Both the position numbers and the translations under genes were made by a program. Of a stretch of DNA of 64,000 nt, positions 1 to 48,889 are shown piece by piece (the first letter of the stretch is position 1; each line of letters begins with the position of its first letter). This DNA comes from Bugula neritina. Its lineage: Eukaryota; Animalia; Bryozoa. The stretch covers positions 18,211,700-18,275,699 of the forward strand of contig OZ037768.1 of the NCBI GenBank assembly GCA_964035545.1, given 5' to 3'. The notes under the pieces are model-generated. The model worked only from the letters and a program-made list of their open reading frames with translations. It was not told the origin of the DNA and did no database searches.

Positions 1-33514
<33,514 letters not shown>

Positions 33515-33979
33515 AGTAGTATAACTCTTCTCTCTCCAACTGTCAGTCGGGACCTGACAGGAGCCTCAAATTAGCCACGCCATGACGACACACGTCCACT
33601 TGTACACAATCATAATCTCTATTGCAATCCACAGTAATGGACTTTAGATGTGATATTTCCTTGTCTTTTGAATGACACTTCTTTGCAGAATTGACTACTT
33701 TTGCATTTATTCACTACCTTTTTATAAAATTGTGAGAGAAAATATAATCTTAATTTATTGTTAGTGAAAAATATAAATATTTCGTACTTCATAGTTTTTT
33801 ATATATCGATTTCATTGTAAATAAGTAACAGTGCCCATTCCATTTGTTATGAGAAAGGCAGAAGAATAGCTTAATTCTAACATACATTTATGTACCTTTT
33901 GTTATGCCTAATCACATCCTGCTGCCATTATTTTTGTCATGATTCATGCACTGCTAACAGTTCATAACTTTTGTTCACA

Positions 33980-33990
33980 AATAAAATAAA
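33980..33990 (+). terminator. Tandem AATAAA poly(A) signals of the spectraplakin
   Basis: AATAAAATAAA about 470 nt after the stop, followed by T/GT-rich sequence. Confidence 0.55.
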
Positions 33991-34962
33991 TTTCCATGTA
34001 TATTTCAAGTGTTGTAAATGAAAACCTTTTAGGCAATTGCTTGAAACTTATAACTTATCATGTTTGAGATGAAATTCGCTCTCAATTTAAAATTTTAGGA
34101 AGAAAAGTGATTAGGGAAGGGAGATTTTGATATGCATAAAAAGAGGAAAAAACATTGTAAATTTCTTTCATTCTTTACAAATATAAAACTCAAAAGTCTC
34201 GTAACATGTAAAATAAAAGTAGAATACAATGCCTTTTAATGACAATTCGTTGAAATTGAAACAAAGCAGTTACTATGATATACAAGAGATAGCTAAAATA
34301 TTGGGGAAGTCATTATTATTGAAACTATAGAGCTACTACTGGTACGTGACCCATTATTTTATATTGAAAAGATTTTTTCAACTACCTTGCACTCATTGGA
34401 AATGATACAATTTTTTAGGCTTAATTTCATCATTTGGTTTTTAGGTTTCCTGTAATCATTTTACCTGCATGTACATCCGGCACAGTACTTTTCCTCTAAT
34501 TGAATTGTCAGAACATCCAGAGCAGTAATTAGATTGGCTGAGCTCGGTTATAAATGGTCTACTTTGACTAACGAAATTACTCCGACTTATTTACCAACCA
34601 AATTAGTTTACATAATTGTGTTCACCGTCCTATCCTTGACTTGCCTGCCATCCATGGGTTAAGTATACCTTTATTCAAGTCTTCACAAACCACAGCAAGT
34701 GCAATTTGTGACAATAGCCAATATTATAAGAATCTTGATCTAGCGAGTATTCCATTTATCCTATTTTCAACAGACAACAGTTATGAAGACTTGGGTCATG
34801 AGACGCCAACCTATCTGATTCAAAGTTTAAGTTATTCTTTGCATTTGAGACTACAATTTTTTTAAACTATTTGCTTATTTTAAGCAACACTTTGTCAGAA
34901 AATGTCCTATCTACAGTTAATTGTGCAGAACATGGAAGACAAAATTGTTATCACTAGCGGCA

Positions 34963-34968
34963 TTTATT
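34963..34968 (-). terminator. Candidate AATAAA poly(A) signal of FAM53
   Basis: TTTATT on +, about 750 nt past the FAM53 stop. Confidence 0.4.
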
Positions 34969-35717
34969 GAGTCATCTAGAACATGTATTCAATATAATGA
35001 AATCACAGTCATTCCAAATTATTTGGTTTCATAATATTATGATTTTTAGGATTGAGGAGCTCCATAAAACATCCACAATAGAGTTATTAGTAACACACAC
35101 GTAATACTTCAGCAGTTTTGATGAGGCCCTTCATACAAAAATATTTCATTCCTGCAGACATACTGGTATTAAAATTTCAATGAAAGAACATATTTTTATC
35201 TCCATAGTGATAACAATGCATTTGAAAATTTTTGAAAGATGCTACTTGAAATAAACGAAGGCCTAAATTACATGCCTCCATCATATGTGCATGTAGTAAT
35301 AAAATTGGGTACAATAGTTGAAAAATATTTTGAACAGGTAAGAAAACAGTAAATAATATTTTAGTCTACATAATAACAGAGATCAAAGTTCCAGTTAAGT
35401 GAATTTACCTAATAATAGAACAGCAATGGAAACATATAATTTGATAAAATAGTTCAAACTTGATTTGCTGAAACAGCATTAAAGACACAAATTTTTTAAC
35501 ATGCAAGTTTTATCTTCCAAATGGCATGCAAAAGTATGGGATAAATACCCTCTGAAATAGAACAGGAAATTCAACTGATGAAGATCACAAATCCAAGTGA
35601 ACCCTTTCAATGAAGAGAATAAATTCAGAACTAATTACAGAGCGTTGGAATAAATATGATTCAGAGCTGTTGAATGTGAAGAAATCTCATTGACCAGAGC
35701 GGCAATAGAAAAACTGG

Positions 35718-38700
35718 TTAATTGTTTTCTATCATATCCAGATCAAGTTCACTGTCTTGGTTAGGTTCCATAGCAAATATAACATCTTGTTCTGTATCAC
35801 TAGCACCTAGACACCCACAGCCTTCTAAATCTCTATTTTGGGAGCCACTGTGGCTACAAGAATGTGACTTAGATTGTACCGTTGCAACCATCTTGTTGGT
35901 GATATCACAGAGCTCATCGTCTGTGGTGCTGCACCCACTATCTGAGTCGTTCAGAGTGTGGTGCGAGGAATGGGCGCCTGGCAGAGTAGAGTCAATAGAA
36001 GTAGTAGGAGTATTGTGCTGAGAGTTGAGTGAGGCAATTGATGAGATATAGTTGACGTCTTGGGGACTGCTGGCTATAGTTTGTAGAACCCTGTCCGGAA
36101 ATATATGCCCATGTCTCCCAGAACGAATTTTCTATAAAAAAGCGAAATAAAATACCATATTTTTAAATGTGATAGTAAAATCAAACAAAAAAAAAAATCA
36201 AATCTTTCATAATATTGAAGACGAAGAGTTTGCTTGAGCTAACACTTGTTAACATTAATTGGAACTTAATAGAATCGTCTTCTCATGTTGACCAAACCAT
36301 TCCACTAGATACTAAATAATACAGCTTAAAGAAGGAACAGCTTTGACTCTGCCATACAACTATTCATATAAATATGGAGCAGCCGAGTGTGACACTATGA
36401 GCTGTATGCTACATTGTATCTATAGCAACCAACCAGTCTCACACAATATCAGTGGCAAACTTCATTCTCAGAAAATAGTATTTTCCTGGCCTCTAAAGTC
36501 TAAACCAAATGGCTACTGGGAATGTATGAAAACAATTGGCCAATCTTGAGGTAACCTAACAGAGTACAAAATACAAGTAAACCTCTTTCTATTACCATAC
36601 CAGACACCAGGGAAGGTTAGTTCAGCCCACAATATACAAGGTGCCTTAGACCTGCATAATCAATTAACTCAATCTACAAACTTTTTAAAAATTCTACATA
36701 GTAAGACAACTCCCAAAAACTGCAACCATTTGCAAAATAAAGCACTAAAGTTAATCAAATACAAGCAAACTTATGTTGCAATAAAATAAACACATATTCA
36801 ATTTCTCTAATGTTTCACCACTCTATTGACACACCAAAAACTTTGTTTGCTGCATAATATGTTCAAACTTGTTCCAGTACATCAAACCTAAAGGCAGAAA
36901 ATATGAATCAAGTAATTAATTGAGGAATATTCATCAATAAGAATTCTGTTGGATGATAATGTAGGCACTAGGCAGACATTTAAAACATAAACAGAAGAAC
37001 TCATTTTATTACGGCTGAACATTATGTTAGCATTCTGTCCTTGCAGTGATGCGAGAAACAAACAGGCCAGGAAAATGGATAAACCAGCCGAATTACTTCT
37101 GTTTCCTGAGAAACCTGTGTTTAACGGCATGCGTAGTATAACAGAGTCGCTGCACACAGAGTCTACATACCAAGGGTGAAGCGGTGCGGGCTGTAAGATC
37201 AGATCTGACTTGGTCTTTACCAAACTTCATCTACAAAGAGCGAAAAATCAAACTATTATAAGAGTGAGAAGTGTGCAGTGTATGTAGAGATGAAACACTT
37301 TCTCATTACACAAGTTATAGACAAGTAATTCCCACTAAATCAGATCTCTTCTAAACTAGTCATCACAAGTAGCTATTCACACCTCAATCACTACAAACAC
37401 TTCCAATACTGGGATAGTTCCACAAAAACAGTTTGATTTGCATATGTTTGTTCCCAACCGAGCAAATTTCTTTACAAGATTATAGCCATAAATCCAATTA
37501 AACAGGAGCACGGCATTCCTTTATTTATATTGAACACACAAACTTTTGCCAACAAGATAAGTGGTAAAAAATTTCTCAATGTGTCTATCCCATAACTTTT
37601 CATGGAAACATCCCAAGTGGAGAGCCATACTTTGTTCTTAGTTAGGTTTAAATGTGTTGAATAGCAGGATGAATAATTTAGGCAAACTAGTAACTTTCCT
37701 GCAGTACTTAAAATAATATCAAAAATTGTGTTATTACTAGGTTTTCATGCTATTCGAGGCAAACTGAATGGATATAAAATGTGGTACTGCTAAGAATATT
37801 CAGTTCAGTGAACAATCAAACCAACCGAGAGTGGCTCAGGACAGAGTCTCAGGTAAACCCAGGTAAACTCAGGTAGCTAATAATGTGAATCAAGTGGGAA
37901 CTCAGTTGAAGAATGATATATTAGTCAAGCAATACTAAAAGCACACATTTATGTTTCTTGAAAAAACGCTATAAACAATCCACCAACCTCAGTCATCTTA
38001 GCAAAGTTGATGGACGGCCTCTGATCTTCGCACCGCCTCCTTTTCGTGCCACATCTTCGTTCGTGTATGACGCAAGGCTGAGACTGGCAGCGCAAAGGCA
38101 GTGGTTGTGTGAGGTTAGAGTGGAGCCAGCTGTCGGCTACAGAGGGCATAGATATGGCGGAGAGTCCTCGCAGAGAGGGCCTGGAATCAGAGTCAGCACC
38201 GCTGCCAGAGGCACTGTGTCCCATAGAGGGCAGCGTCTGTAGAGATTCACATCGGTTTTTGTTCAGATTATTCAGTGAATTGAGAGGTGAGTCAAAGTAG
38301 CCGCTGGAGGCGGAGGACGGCCTTGACCTTGGTGACTCTGGTGGAGTGCTGCTATCTGCTGAGAGTAACGAAGGCCAAGTAGGGGGCAAACCCCGTGCAG
38401 ACGCCGTGTTCTTGTAGACCTGATGTGATAAGTGATGAGATTTAGAGCGTGATCCACCGCTATTAGGACGCAAGGCTAGAGGTCTGTGCAGACGACTCCT
38501 CGCCTGATTTTGCAGCCAGCGAGTGTGCAACTCCCCGTCATTAGGTATAGACATGGACCTGCACTGTCTCTTGTTGGGGGGGTTGCAACACGCCCCGTCC
38601 AAGTCTTTAACAGAGTCATTGGGTTTAGAAGAGAGCAAAATGGACGTGACCGCCACACCTTGTTTGGGGGCGCCACTGCCTACAGCTATAATTTTCACTT

Positions 38701-39356
38701 TCTTATTTGAATCTAAAAAAAACAGAATATACAAAACTTTCACAATTGAATACTAGATGTTTGTAAGCAGATTCATGCTAGTAAGACCTTCTCTTTGTAC
38801 AAAAGTGTCCCAACAAAGAAGTGAAGTTGAAGTTACATTGATTAAACAAGTCAATAAGAGAGTTGTGAGTTTATAGAGAGTGACTAAGCAGCGCACCTGT
38901 AGTCTAAAGAGGTGATATCAATGAATGTGAGATGCATTAGACTAGCTAAAATGTCGTACAATACTCATATATGAGTAAACACTCACCTTGTAAGTAAAAA
39001 CAAAACTTCATTATATCTATGCTGTCGTATGGGTGCCCAAACTCAAAGCACGTTAATCTAGTTAAACCCCAATATAATGACTTTAAGAGGAATGTAGTGG
39101 GATAAAAGACCAAGTGAAAACAAGGAATGTGCAGGGGGTCAGCCTAACATGAAGATAAGAAACTTTGTGACCACGCAGTAACAGAGTGACACACAACAAC
39201 CGCTGCTGCTGCTGCTGCTGCTGCCGCTGCCACCGGTAGCAGCTGACTAGAACCTGCTGCCAGCTGGCCAGGTAATTTACTAAACAACTTACCAGACAGC
39301 AGGGAGATGGGAGGATGAGGCTCTGAGTGGTGACGAATCTTGGCAGCATTTTCATC
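35718..39356 (-). CDS. FAM53: FAM53 family protein (N-terminal exon(s) not resolved)
   Basis: Exons 39356-39293 (tentative), 38712-37988, 37230-37171, 36131-35718 (TAA). Family motifs PPNKRQCRSMSIP, RPSSASSGYFD, LRCQSQPCV..RRCGTKRRRCEDQRPSINFAKMTE and C-terminal ELDLDMIENN*. Confidence 0.88.
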
Positions 39357-40022
39357 CTAAAGCATTGATATCAGGTTAATGGGAAATAAAATCTATCACC
39401 CACTCCTTTCCACACAATAAATTTACAATATTTTTGGCAAACTTTCAAAACCTATACAACGCAGTGTAGCGTGGCCTGAGTATAGTGGATAATTAGTTCT
39501 GAGAAGATGGTGTCATAAACACTCTCTACATTTTCCCACACTTTTACTTTCTCCAGAGAGTCTGACAGCGCCAGCTAAAGGAAATAAATATCTGACCCAA
39601 CCCAGCAGCAAACACTTTCATAATACACATCAATAGATATTTCCGCTGCATATAATTGAATTATATTCACACTACTGTGCCCTCCATACCCCAATAACCT
39701 TTAATCAGTGTTACAAATCAGTTGTCAGCCAAACGTAGTAAGCTATGCCAAGTAGCAGTGTATTCAGCTGTCACTGTATGAAAAGGGAGAAGAAATAGGT
39801 GGTAGGGGTGACTGACATTCACTCGGCCATTTTAAGCAGTTGATTTAAATGGAGAGGTTGAGGTGAGATGCATTGTGTAAGCAACTCACAAAATCCTCCA
39901 GTATACAGTTTTCATCAGCAGTGAAAGAGACATCCAGTTTTCAACCCCCACACCATATTGAAAAATTAGGTTTTGAACATCTCAGTTGCCACTACTTAGT
40001 ATACAATATATTAAACAGTTTG

Positions 40023-40165
40023 GGGTGCAGCCGTGGTCTCGGGGTTAGAGAGTTTACTTCTTAAAGGCTATTGGTGATGTTAGGAAGAGCACCCAGTCAT
40101 AATTGCTCCTGTGCCCCATCTGAATAAGTCCTTAGCCCGATTTAACAAAAACCCTTTCTATCAGG
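40023..40165 (+). mobile_element. tRNA-derived SINE copy, internally deleted (A box present, B box missing)
   Basis: GCAGCCGTGGTCTCGGGGTTAGAG...GATGTTAGGAAGAGCACCCAGTCATAATTGCTCCTGTGCC matches the copy at 62367-62205. Confidence 0.75.
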
Positions 40166-43100
40166 GTTTTTTCACAGGGATAGTGACTATAAACTTGTGT
40201 GAGTTTTTTATATATCAAACAGTATCTCAGTACACTTACTTGACTAGAACTGGAGAAGTTAGTGTGAGATTCCGACAGAGTTTGACTCTGTAGTTGGCTG
40301 GTAATGTTCTGTACCGTAAGCATTCTGTCTGATACCACACCCTCCCTGTCTACCATAAGTGACACACTACTGCCTCATTGACCACCGGGTGACATTGAGG
40401 TGATCTTGACTTGAGTGCTGTGTGTGCTAAATGTAGTGCCACCTAGCCATTTCCTTGGCACCTGTCCATTTACCAAACACCCACTGTAAAATATGTTATA
40501 TAAGATGATAGAATGTTGAATAACAAAATTGCTATTACTGCGTTAACTGTGAGAGTATCGCATGGAGCTTGAGTTACACAAATCATGGCTTTCAGTTACA
40601 CAATGTGTGCTAGCTACGCCTCCCATGTTTTAGGGTTGGTCTTAGAATTCGACCCAAATCTAAAGAAACTCTGGCTAATTGAATCTTCAACTTCTACTAC
40701 TATACTGCATCATAACAATCTTTTTCAGATAATATTAAGGCTGTTGGCAACTGTTCTTCAAGCTTTTTTGCAAACTGCCTCCTACTTAAAACTCAGACTA
40801 ACCATCATTTTTATTAGACCAGCAGGTGGCAAAGAAGTTATTATAAAAATTAGGCTTCTTTCTTTAAAACTAATAATCAAATGAAATACTAGATAAATAA
40901 AAATTTTAATGGATCATTTTCCAGCCAACCTTAGAAACCACAACTGTGGTTATTGGAAAAATCATTTATAGAACACTGATAACTTTACTCTGTACTGAAA
41001 CAGGTGCACTTTAGAAATGTACACTGGCAGTATGTGCAATTTGCATTCATCAATATTTCATCAATTACTATTTGGCTTTCACACAGAATACATTTAAAAT
41101 GCCTGGAACTTAGCACACACAGCACTTAAATACCTGAATAGAAGGCTATACAATTCAATAGCATACATTTAGCTGAAAGAAAACCATGGCTGCAGTGTTC
41201 TTTTTTTAAATAGTTACATTATTTAATTTTTGTTCTATTCATTACATAAACCAATATATAATATTTCAGTAGCACGGTTATCTAGGACAGTACCTAAACC
41301 CGGCAATGAAACCTATTTGCAGAATATGAGAGAAGAAAAGCTTAATAGCATAAAGCAAAATTAATAATTACATATTTCCATAACATGAAAATATGGCCGG
41401 AATAAGATAAGAAAAGGTGCAGCAACCCAACTTTTGTTCTTTATCAGTAATGAATAGAGTTGTATTACATGAAAGGAGGTTTATACTAATACAGTTGTCT
41501 TTATTAGTCACCTATTGTTTATGCATACCAACAGAGGCAAAATGAAGCAAAAAAGCAAGAAAATGTATAAAAAGTTTGGATGTGATATCAGCTTTTGATC
41601 TGCTGACGTTATGTAAAAGAATCACGTGGCATGAGCATGAAGCAATGTTTAATATCATTAGATGGCTGTTCACTGTTCACAAGGGACAACCATGCAGGGT
41701 GGAGAGTGCAAACAATAGCCTTTACCCTTCGCAATATTGTAAACTGTTATTATTACATAGATTCTTTCAGCGGGCAGCCACACACTAGGGACTAATACCA
41801 ATTCAAAATTAGAATTGCTATAGTTAATGAAAGATCGGAAGTTATTTACCTATGTTCTCTCTATGTTACATGTTTACACAGTGTCAATATAGTAATTAAT
41901 GGCAATTTCATATTTTAACTTACTTCAAAATAATTTTCAAATACAACTTTACTCGATACTCTAGAATAACTTGAGTACAACCCAACTGGCAGAACTTTAG
42001 TTCAACGACTGTACCAAAGTTATCAGCTACAACTGCTTAAGAATAAACTTAATTTAAAGTATTTTCAAAACATAATACATTATCAGACTATTAGACTATA
42101 CCATCGTGACATTGTCTTCAATAGAAGGACTATCATTGATAAGCATGAGATTACATTCAATGTAAACACAATTTGCATACTACTTATACATAGAGTTCAT
42201 TTGCTTTTCACCAAACATGTTTAAGCTTCCAAGAATTGACAAAACATATTTGTTGTCCGATTTTTGTAATACTGCATTGTGAGCAGTAAGATGAAGATTG
42301 TTTACACAATCTTCCAGCGTAATGTTTCTCTATGTATGCAATTCAACAACTCAATAGAAGCTATACTTTGCAGCAGCCAAAATCAACATTATAATGAATA
42401 TATAGCATAGCCTATTGACCAAACTGATGAAAAACGTCACTAGCAAATTCTTACACCGTTGAGCAGTATTGTAATTGTGTTTTCATAATAACAAAGTAAT
42501 ATTAATGGATAATATTTGATAATTGAGGAGAGATAAATGCTGTACACACTTTGTTGGTAAGCAAATATATTTAGCTGTCATCAAAAGGAACAGCTGAATA
42601 TAAGCTCTTAACAAGTATTCAATTTAGTAGTCAATAGTCATCCCAATCAAACTAAAATATTTACAGTCAATAAGTATCAATCATTTGAACATTACATTGG
42701 TTTTTATCTAAGTTTCCAATAGAATCAAACAAGATACTTTTACTAGCTGTCTGAAAGGCAACATCTTACACAGAAAACTTATAGAAAAATGTTTAATAAA
42801 AGATACCAACTGAAACTTCATCAGAAACTATTTATGTTGTAGTACGAAAAAGAACAATTATAAAATCAATTCCCTGGTCAGCATAAAATTAAAGGTAAAA
42901 ATTACAAAATGCTCACGATATCAGTTTTGGAGACCAAAAAGTGCCTAACAATTAATATTACTCTTCTCAACCTAAACTTGCAGTAATTTAGGAAAATTTA
43001 GAATTCTAACATGTAAAACCAATAGTCAACAGCTTTTAATCAATCCTCTAGTTACCCTAAATTAAAATACATAGTTAGTTCAACTTATAAGTATAAGTGG

Positions 43101-46100
43101 AAGTCCATACTTTAGCATAGAACTTATTTTGACAATTTATAATATTTATTATAAATTATAATTTATTATATTATTATTATATATTTATCAGCTTTTCCAG
43201 AGTATACAGTTTTATCTGCTGGTAATATTGGCTAAGCATAGTGTGTTTGTTTTACTGGTTATTGGAATAATTAAAGGTATAAACAAAATTCAATAGCTCT
43301 TTGAATAAATTAAACTGCACTGCAGGAAAAACTCTGGTGATTTTAGACAAACAAAAGTTGAGCTTGGTGACTAGCACTACCAGCATAAACAGATCTGTTT
43401 TTACAATGATGTTGTTGTGCATGTTATTTTATTTATGTGCCATAAAAATATATTAGTATATTAATCAAAATAAAATACTTCATATATGTAGCTGTTGTTA
43501 TATTGTAATAAAATTGAGATTCATAACTTATATATTTTACTCCTTTAAGTCTTACAGCATGCGTGTAGTGGCAATTCTTAAGAGTTAAGTTAGGTATTTA
43601 GTTTAATTTCTTATGAGATGTGTTGATGAATTGTAAGGGGCCGCTACACTTAATAACAGACCTATAAACCATCATGACATACGATAATTAATTAGCAGTC
43701 TCTTGAGGGGATAAAAATTCATAGCCTCAAGCTAGAGTATAGCTTTTCCTGATGCAGTGTTGGTGATTTGATTCACCTTTGGGCGTAATACAATAAATAC
43801 ATTGTTAACACTTTCAGAGCGGCCTATGTAGTTTTGCAACTTTTTGCTTAAATTCACAAATAGTGCAAATCAACTCAATCTACAAACTTGTTTGCCAACA
43901 AGACACATTTTTTCTAAAATATGTCTGGCGTACCACGATATGCAGAGCATAATATTATCTTACAATCTTTTACCTTTATGGCTTTTGTAGGGTGTTGAGT
44001 GCTGCAAAGTACTACACCATGGAAGCATTAATTGATATTCGAAGCTTTCTCGGCTACTATTATTTATCAATGAATACATTATTCATACTATAGAAATTAG
44101 TGTGCCTCTCTAGAAATAAGACAAAGGACACAACTGAGTATCCGGGCATAGGCATTACACTAGAAATGCAAACAACTTGCTATCAAATCAATCCTACTAT
44201 ATATTATTTATTGTCTATGGCATCTTAGATGTACCCTTGCCAACATTATAATTACAGCAACTGAAGAAGTAGCTCGTGGGCATTAGCATTCAACACTGCT
44301 CCCCAAAGGAAAATCAAAGGCCTGTGCTAACTCTCTAACCCTAACATGTTATCCACTACACATAAGAGTTATTGGTAGCCTCAGGGTCAAGGTTACATCT
44401 CCACCATGACAACCTAGTTCCATTGCCTAACATTTTTAAATTAAAATAGTTTAGCACATATTGGCATATCTATTGATCCAGTAAAGCAAAATAAAAATTT
44501 AAAATGAATCTCAAACTCTGTGTGTCTGCTAAAACGAAAGTACTGTCAGGTATAAAAGGAAATTGTCTGTTAGATTAGAGTTGATAATTCAGGAAAATAT
44601 GTAGACATTACTTACGACTTGACTCTATCAAATGTGAGTAACATAAAACATTCCCAAAGCTCACAGTGAATGTAGTGAGTAATGCGCACTACTGCAGTGC
44701 TTCTATCACACGTCAATAACAACTGTAACCATTTGGATCACTGAGCTAATACTATGCTAATGTAGACAATAATGCTATTAGTAGTGGATACTAGTCGACA
44801 TACTGGAGCAGAGTAGCAATAACTGAACAATGAAGTAGCCACTGCTGTAAACACTAAGTACAGAAACAGTATTGAATGCTGTCAGAAGAGTCTATACGCA
44901 ATTAATAAAAACAGCAGATGCCAGCAACAGAAAAAAACTACTACTATATGCCCTTATTATGTCATGAGTTTATGTCCTGTTGGGTGTTAACTAGAATTCA
45001 CCAGGCAGGCTACATCTAACTACTAACTTTTTGCTTAGTAAATGAAAAACTATTCAAGAGCATCTAAGCATTAAGAAGTTATTTTCTGTTTGACAACTCT
45101 AGATTTGGAAAACTACAAGTTACCTTAAATATTTTCAGGATCCTTAAAATGAAGGGAGCACCTAGAAGTTGGTTGTTGACGTGCAAGTATCAAATGGAGG
45201 AAAATACAATGACTTTAAAACGTCATCAAACATAATTAATGTAAGAATTTTCCTGCACCCAAGGCAAATTTCTTTTGCAATAATAGCTAATGATAAAATG
45301 TTCCCTTAATATAAAAATAATCTGTCCAATAAGCTGTATGAATTACGGTGGTTAAGTCCATCAATAAAATATCTTATAATAACTTCAAACTAGCCAGTTA
45401 GCAGGAATATTTATACATTCCCAGTCGTATATTACTACAAAATATGATAGCAAGTCTTACTTAGCTAATAAAGCAACCTCCACCCCCTCCCCATAAAACT
45501 CAAATCATTTGAATCATGTTATTTATAACCTAAGTAGCTCTGGATTGATATCTTGAAGTGTGCATTCCTAAACATTGAAACAAAACTGAAATAAAACAGG
45601 GTGTTTTCAAGCTTTTGAAGCATATTTTTTAAAGCTTCAGGATGTATCTACATTAAAATTAAGTGCATTATAAAGATAAATTATATGAAACAAAACAGTA
45701 AAGAATTTCCAAAAATGTTTCATTTATAATGTTATTTTGGTTTGTTGATTGAGCAATGTCAACTTTCTGCATCATAAAATCCATTTTTAGATGTAGAATG
45801 TGCGTGAAGCTCTCTAATGACATTTCAAGAAGTGCCAAATATGAAGGCAGATATCACTGCAGTACAAACAAATTCTCAAACACAAAAATCTTGAAAAATT
45901 CCGAATATAAAGAATGCAAAAACAAATAATCAAATTTATACGGTCACAGCCATAATAATCAATTTACTTACACCATAGTTGGGCGGAATTAAACAATTCA
46001 TAGGCAATTAGCCATAAAACTAGTTGTGAACTAGCAGAACCAAATGTAGACTAGCTAAGAACAATTAAACAATTACCTGAGTTGTAAAAAATTAATTCTG

Positions 46101-47379
46101 TTAATATAAACAGTGTAATAATACCAGCACATGCTTGAAATTCACTCATTAATATTTTCATGAATACGTGACTAGATATTGACGTAAATTTACCAAGGAA
46201 TTTAAAATACGTCTATGTAAATTTTAACCAATAAAGTGGTGAAAATGTAAAATAATATAAAAAACACATACATTAGCTTTGTGCAATTTTATAATAAAAC
46301 TTCAAACATAAATTTACTTTCAAATTAAAAATATATTTAATACCATGGGCAGCATACCATATATTGGTATGGATACTGAAAATTTATTCTATGAAACTGA
46401 TAACTTAATTGAAATTCAACTATCTAACATCTAAGTTCATAATGCTTCATTGGAGTATATATTAATATTTTACTAAAGCATTTTAGGAAGTCACAATGCA
46501 ACACCATAAATCAAGTGGTATCACGGCATGAATTAGAATTTTACTGTATATTATTATGACTAAGTGGCTAATGTTATCAATAATACCAAGTTAAGCTTTG
46601 CCTTACCAAGTTGAACAGAAAGTCATCATAATAAGAGTTAGAGGCAACCTGACAATAAAGTATTTTCTACAGTGGCTTAGACAGTGTACTGACCATGATT
46701 TTTATTATCATAATGACAGTTACTAATCGCTGTTGTTATGGAGTACTTATTCTTTATATTATCATCATGAATATATAGTATAAAGGTGAGTGTTAGCATT
46801 ATTACCAGTGAGTTTATTTGCATAAAATATAGGAACAGCAGCTACATTTAATGTAGTCATTCTAATTACTATTTAGTGACTAGCACAGCAATATTCTCAT
46901 GCTTATATGTATATGTATGTAAAGGTGAAAGATCACTAGTAAGCCTATACCCTACAGCATATGAATAAACAGCACTGAGTATTAGTACGAGTATTCATGC
47001 TTATAATAACAACACTAATATTTGGAAGCGATTAGTATGACATTGGTTATGAGTTATAGTTGATGATTATTGTTGTGTTCTTGTACTTTTATTCCTAAAT
47101 AAATGAATGAACAAATACCCAACACTGCCTTGGATATATTATAATTTTTTTCAGAATATTTTTAATAAAAATAGCTAGGAGAAAGCATCAGATAAATAAT
47201 AAAAACATAGCATTTTATTGAGGAATGTTCAAACTGTTATAGTATACATTCAATTATATACTGATACTGGTGACTTTATAATCAATTTATGAAGATTAGG
47301 TTTTATACTTGTATGGAGACTCAGTGTCAATATGAATGATGTCAGTTATTTAAATTTAAATTTTTCACCAGTAATCAAA

Positions 47380-48495
47380 ACTATAATCATAATGATTATA
47401 ACTATCCATACAAGTATTTTACAATTTATACTAACAATTAATAATATTACTTACTTGGCTATTAATTAATTATAATAATAAATTAATATAAATACATGAC
47501 TAATAGCAATACTATCAGCGTGCCAATTAGAAGCCTTAAATTTATTTTAATTATAATATCAAAAGTAGCCAATGTTAAATTATTCATCATTATCATTATG
47601 ATTATCATTATATTAATTTAAATATTTATCTTTATATTATTTATTAACAATAATTATAACTTAAAAATAAATTAGAATAGGCAATTGATACTATTACTAA
47701 TACAGTATTACTAATAGTAATAATAATAGTTATAGTATCAGTAATACTATTACTATAACTATGAGATTATAAGTATTGCTCTTGGTATTATCAATTAAAT
47801 TTAAACTTATTAACTATTCAACAATTGCTATTGGACTTGGTTATAAATTTACAATTACACTGTTTGTGTTACAGTTACTTAATCTTATATTTACAACTTA
47901 TAGTTAACAAGTTAGAAGTTATATCATTACTATTACTATTAGCCTGAAACTTAGTAAATAACTATAAGTAATACTTATAGTTATACTATTAAACTAAAAG
48001 TATTATGAGTATCATTATGATTATGATTATATTAATATTTAATTTTAGACTATCACTATCAGTACGAGTATCACTATCTACTAGTACTACTAGTGTATTT
48101 GTTTAATTGTTAAATATTAATGTTGGACTTGGCATTACTAGTACAGTACTAGTAGTAGTAGTACTAGTACTAGTGCTAGTAGTACTACTACTAATACTAC
48201 TACAGATTACTACTAGTACTACCAGTACTAGTAGTAGCAGTATAACCAGGATCAGTATCACTATCACTATCAGTATCAGAATTAAAATAAAAATAAAAAT
48301 TGTTTGCAACAATCAAACTCATAATGATATTGATTATGATATTCATATTGATAATCATTCATTAAATTTAATGATAATCATAATGCTCTAAACCAGATAA
48401 AAATGTCCCTATCATTTAATTACAAAGTGAAAATACTAATACTAATAGTAATACTAATAGTAATAGTAAGTCTAATACTAATACTAATAATTTCA
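47380..48495. repeat. AT-rich low-complexity / degenerate trinucleotide tract (TAA/TAT/TAC/TAG)
   Basis: Runs of ATTATT, TAATAC and AGTACTAGT. The ORFs here are poly-I/L/V/T/S artefacts. Confidence 0.8.
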
Positions 48496-48889
48496 AGTGA
48501 ATATCCGACCGCTAAATCACGTAGTCGCAGTTCAACTACAAGCCAGGCTAAAGTTACGACTTCAGACCATTAAAAAGCAAGTATAAATATCTATGATAGG
48601 AGACTAGAAATCTACAAAAAAGAAATATAGGTCAATTTTTTACCCAATAGTGAGAGACTATTTCTTTGGCATAATGCCAAGCTAAAAAGCATACCGATAA
48701 AATTATTGTGACTGGTAACTTCAAGATACTATCTTTTGATAAATATGAAAATTACATGAACTCAGCATTACTCTAACTCTCGAATCTTTAAAAAATGTAG
48801 AAAACAGTTTCACTCTTTTGCTAGAATTTCAGTAACCATCTCAATATCTGTACCTTAGCAAAATCAATCACCAGGAACAACCTTTGGCC

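Noticed and set aside
39083-39355. Poly-Gln ORF on -
   Set aside because: The (CAG)n lies downstream of a GTAAGT donor at 39292, so it is intronic. No family motif.
48103-48391. Hydrophobic ORFs on both strands
   Set aside because: Translations of low-complexity trinucleotide DNA.
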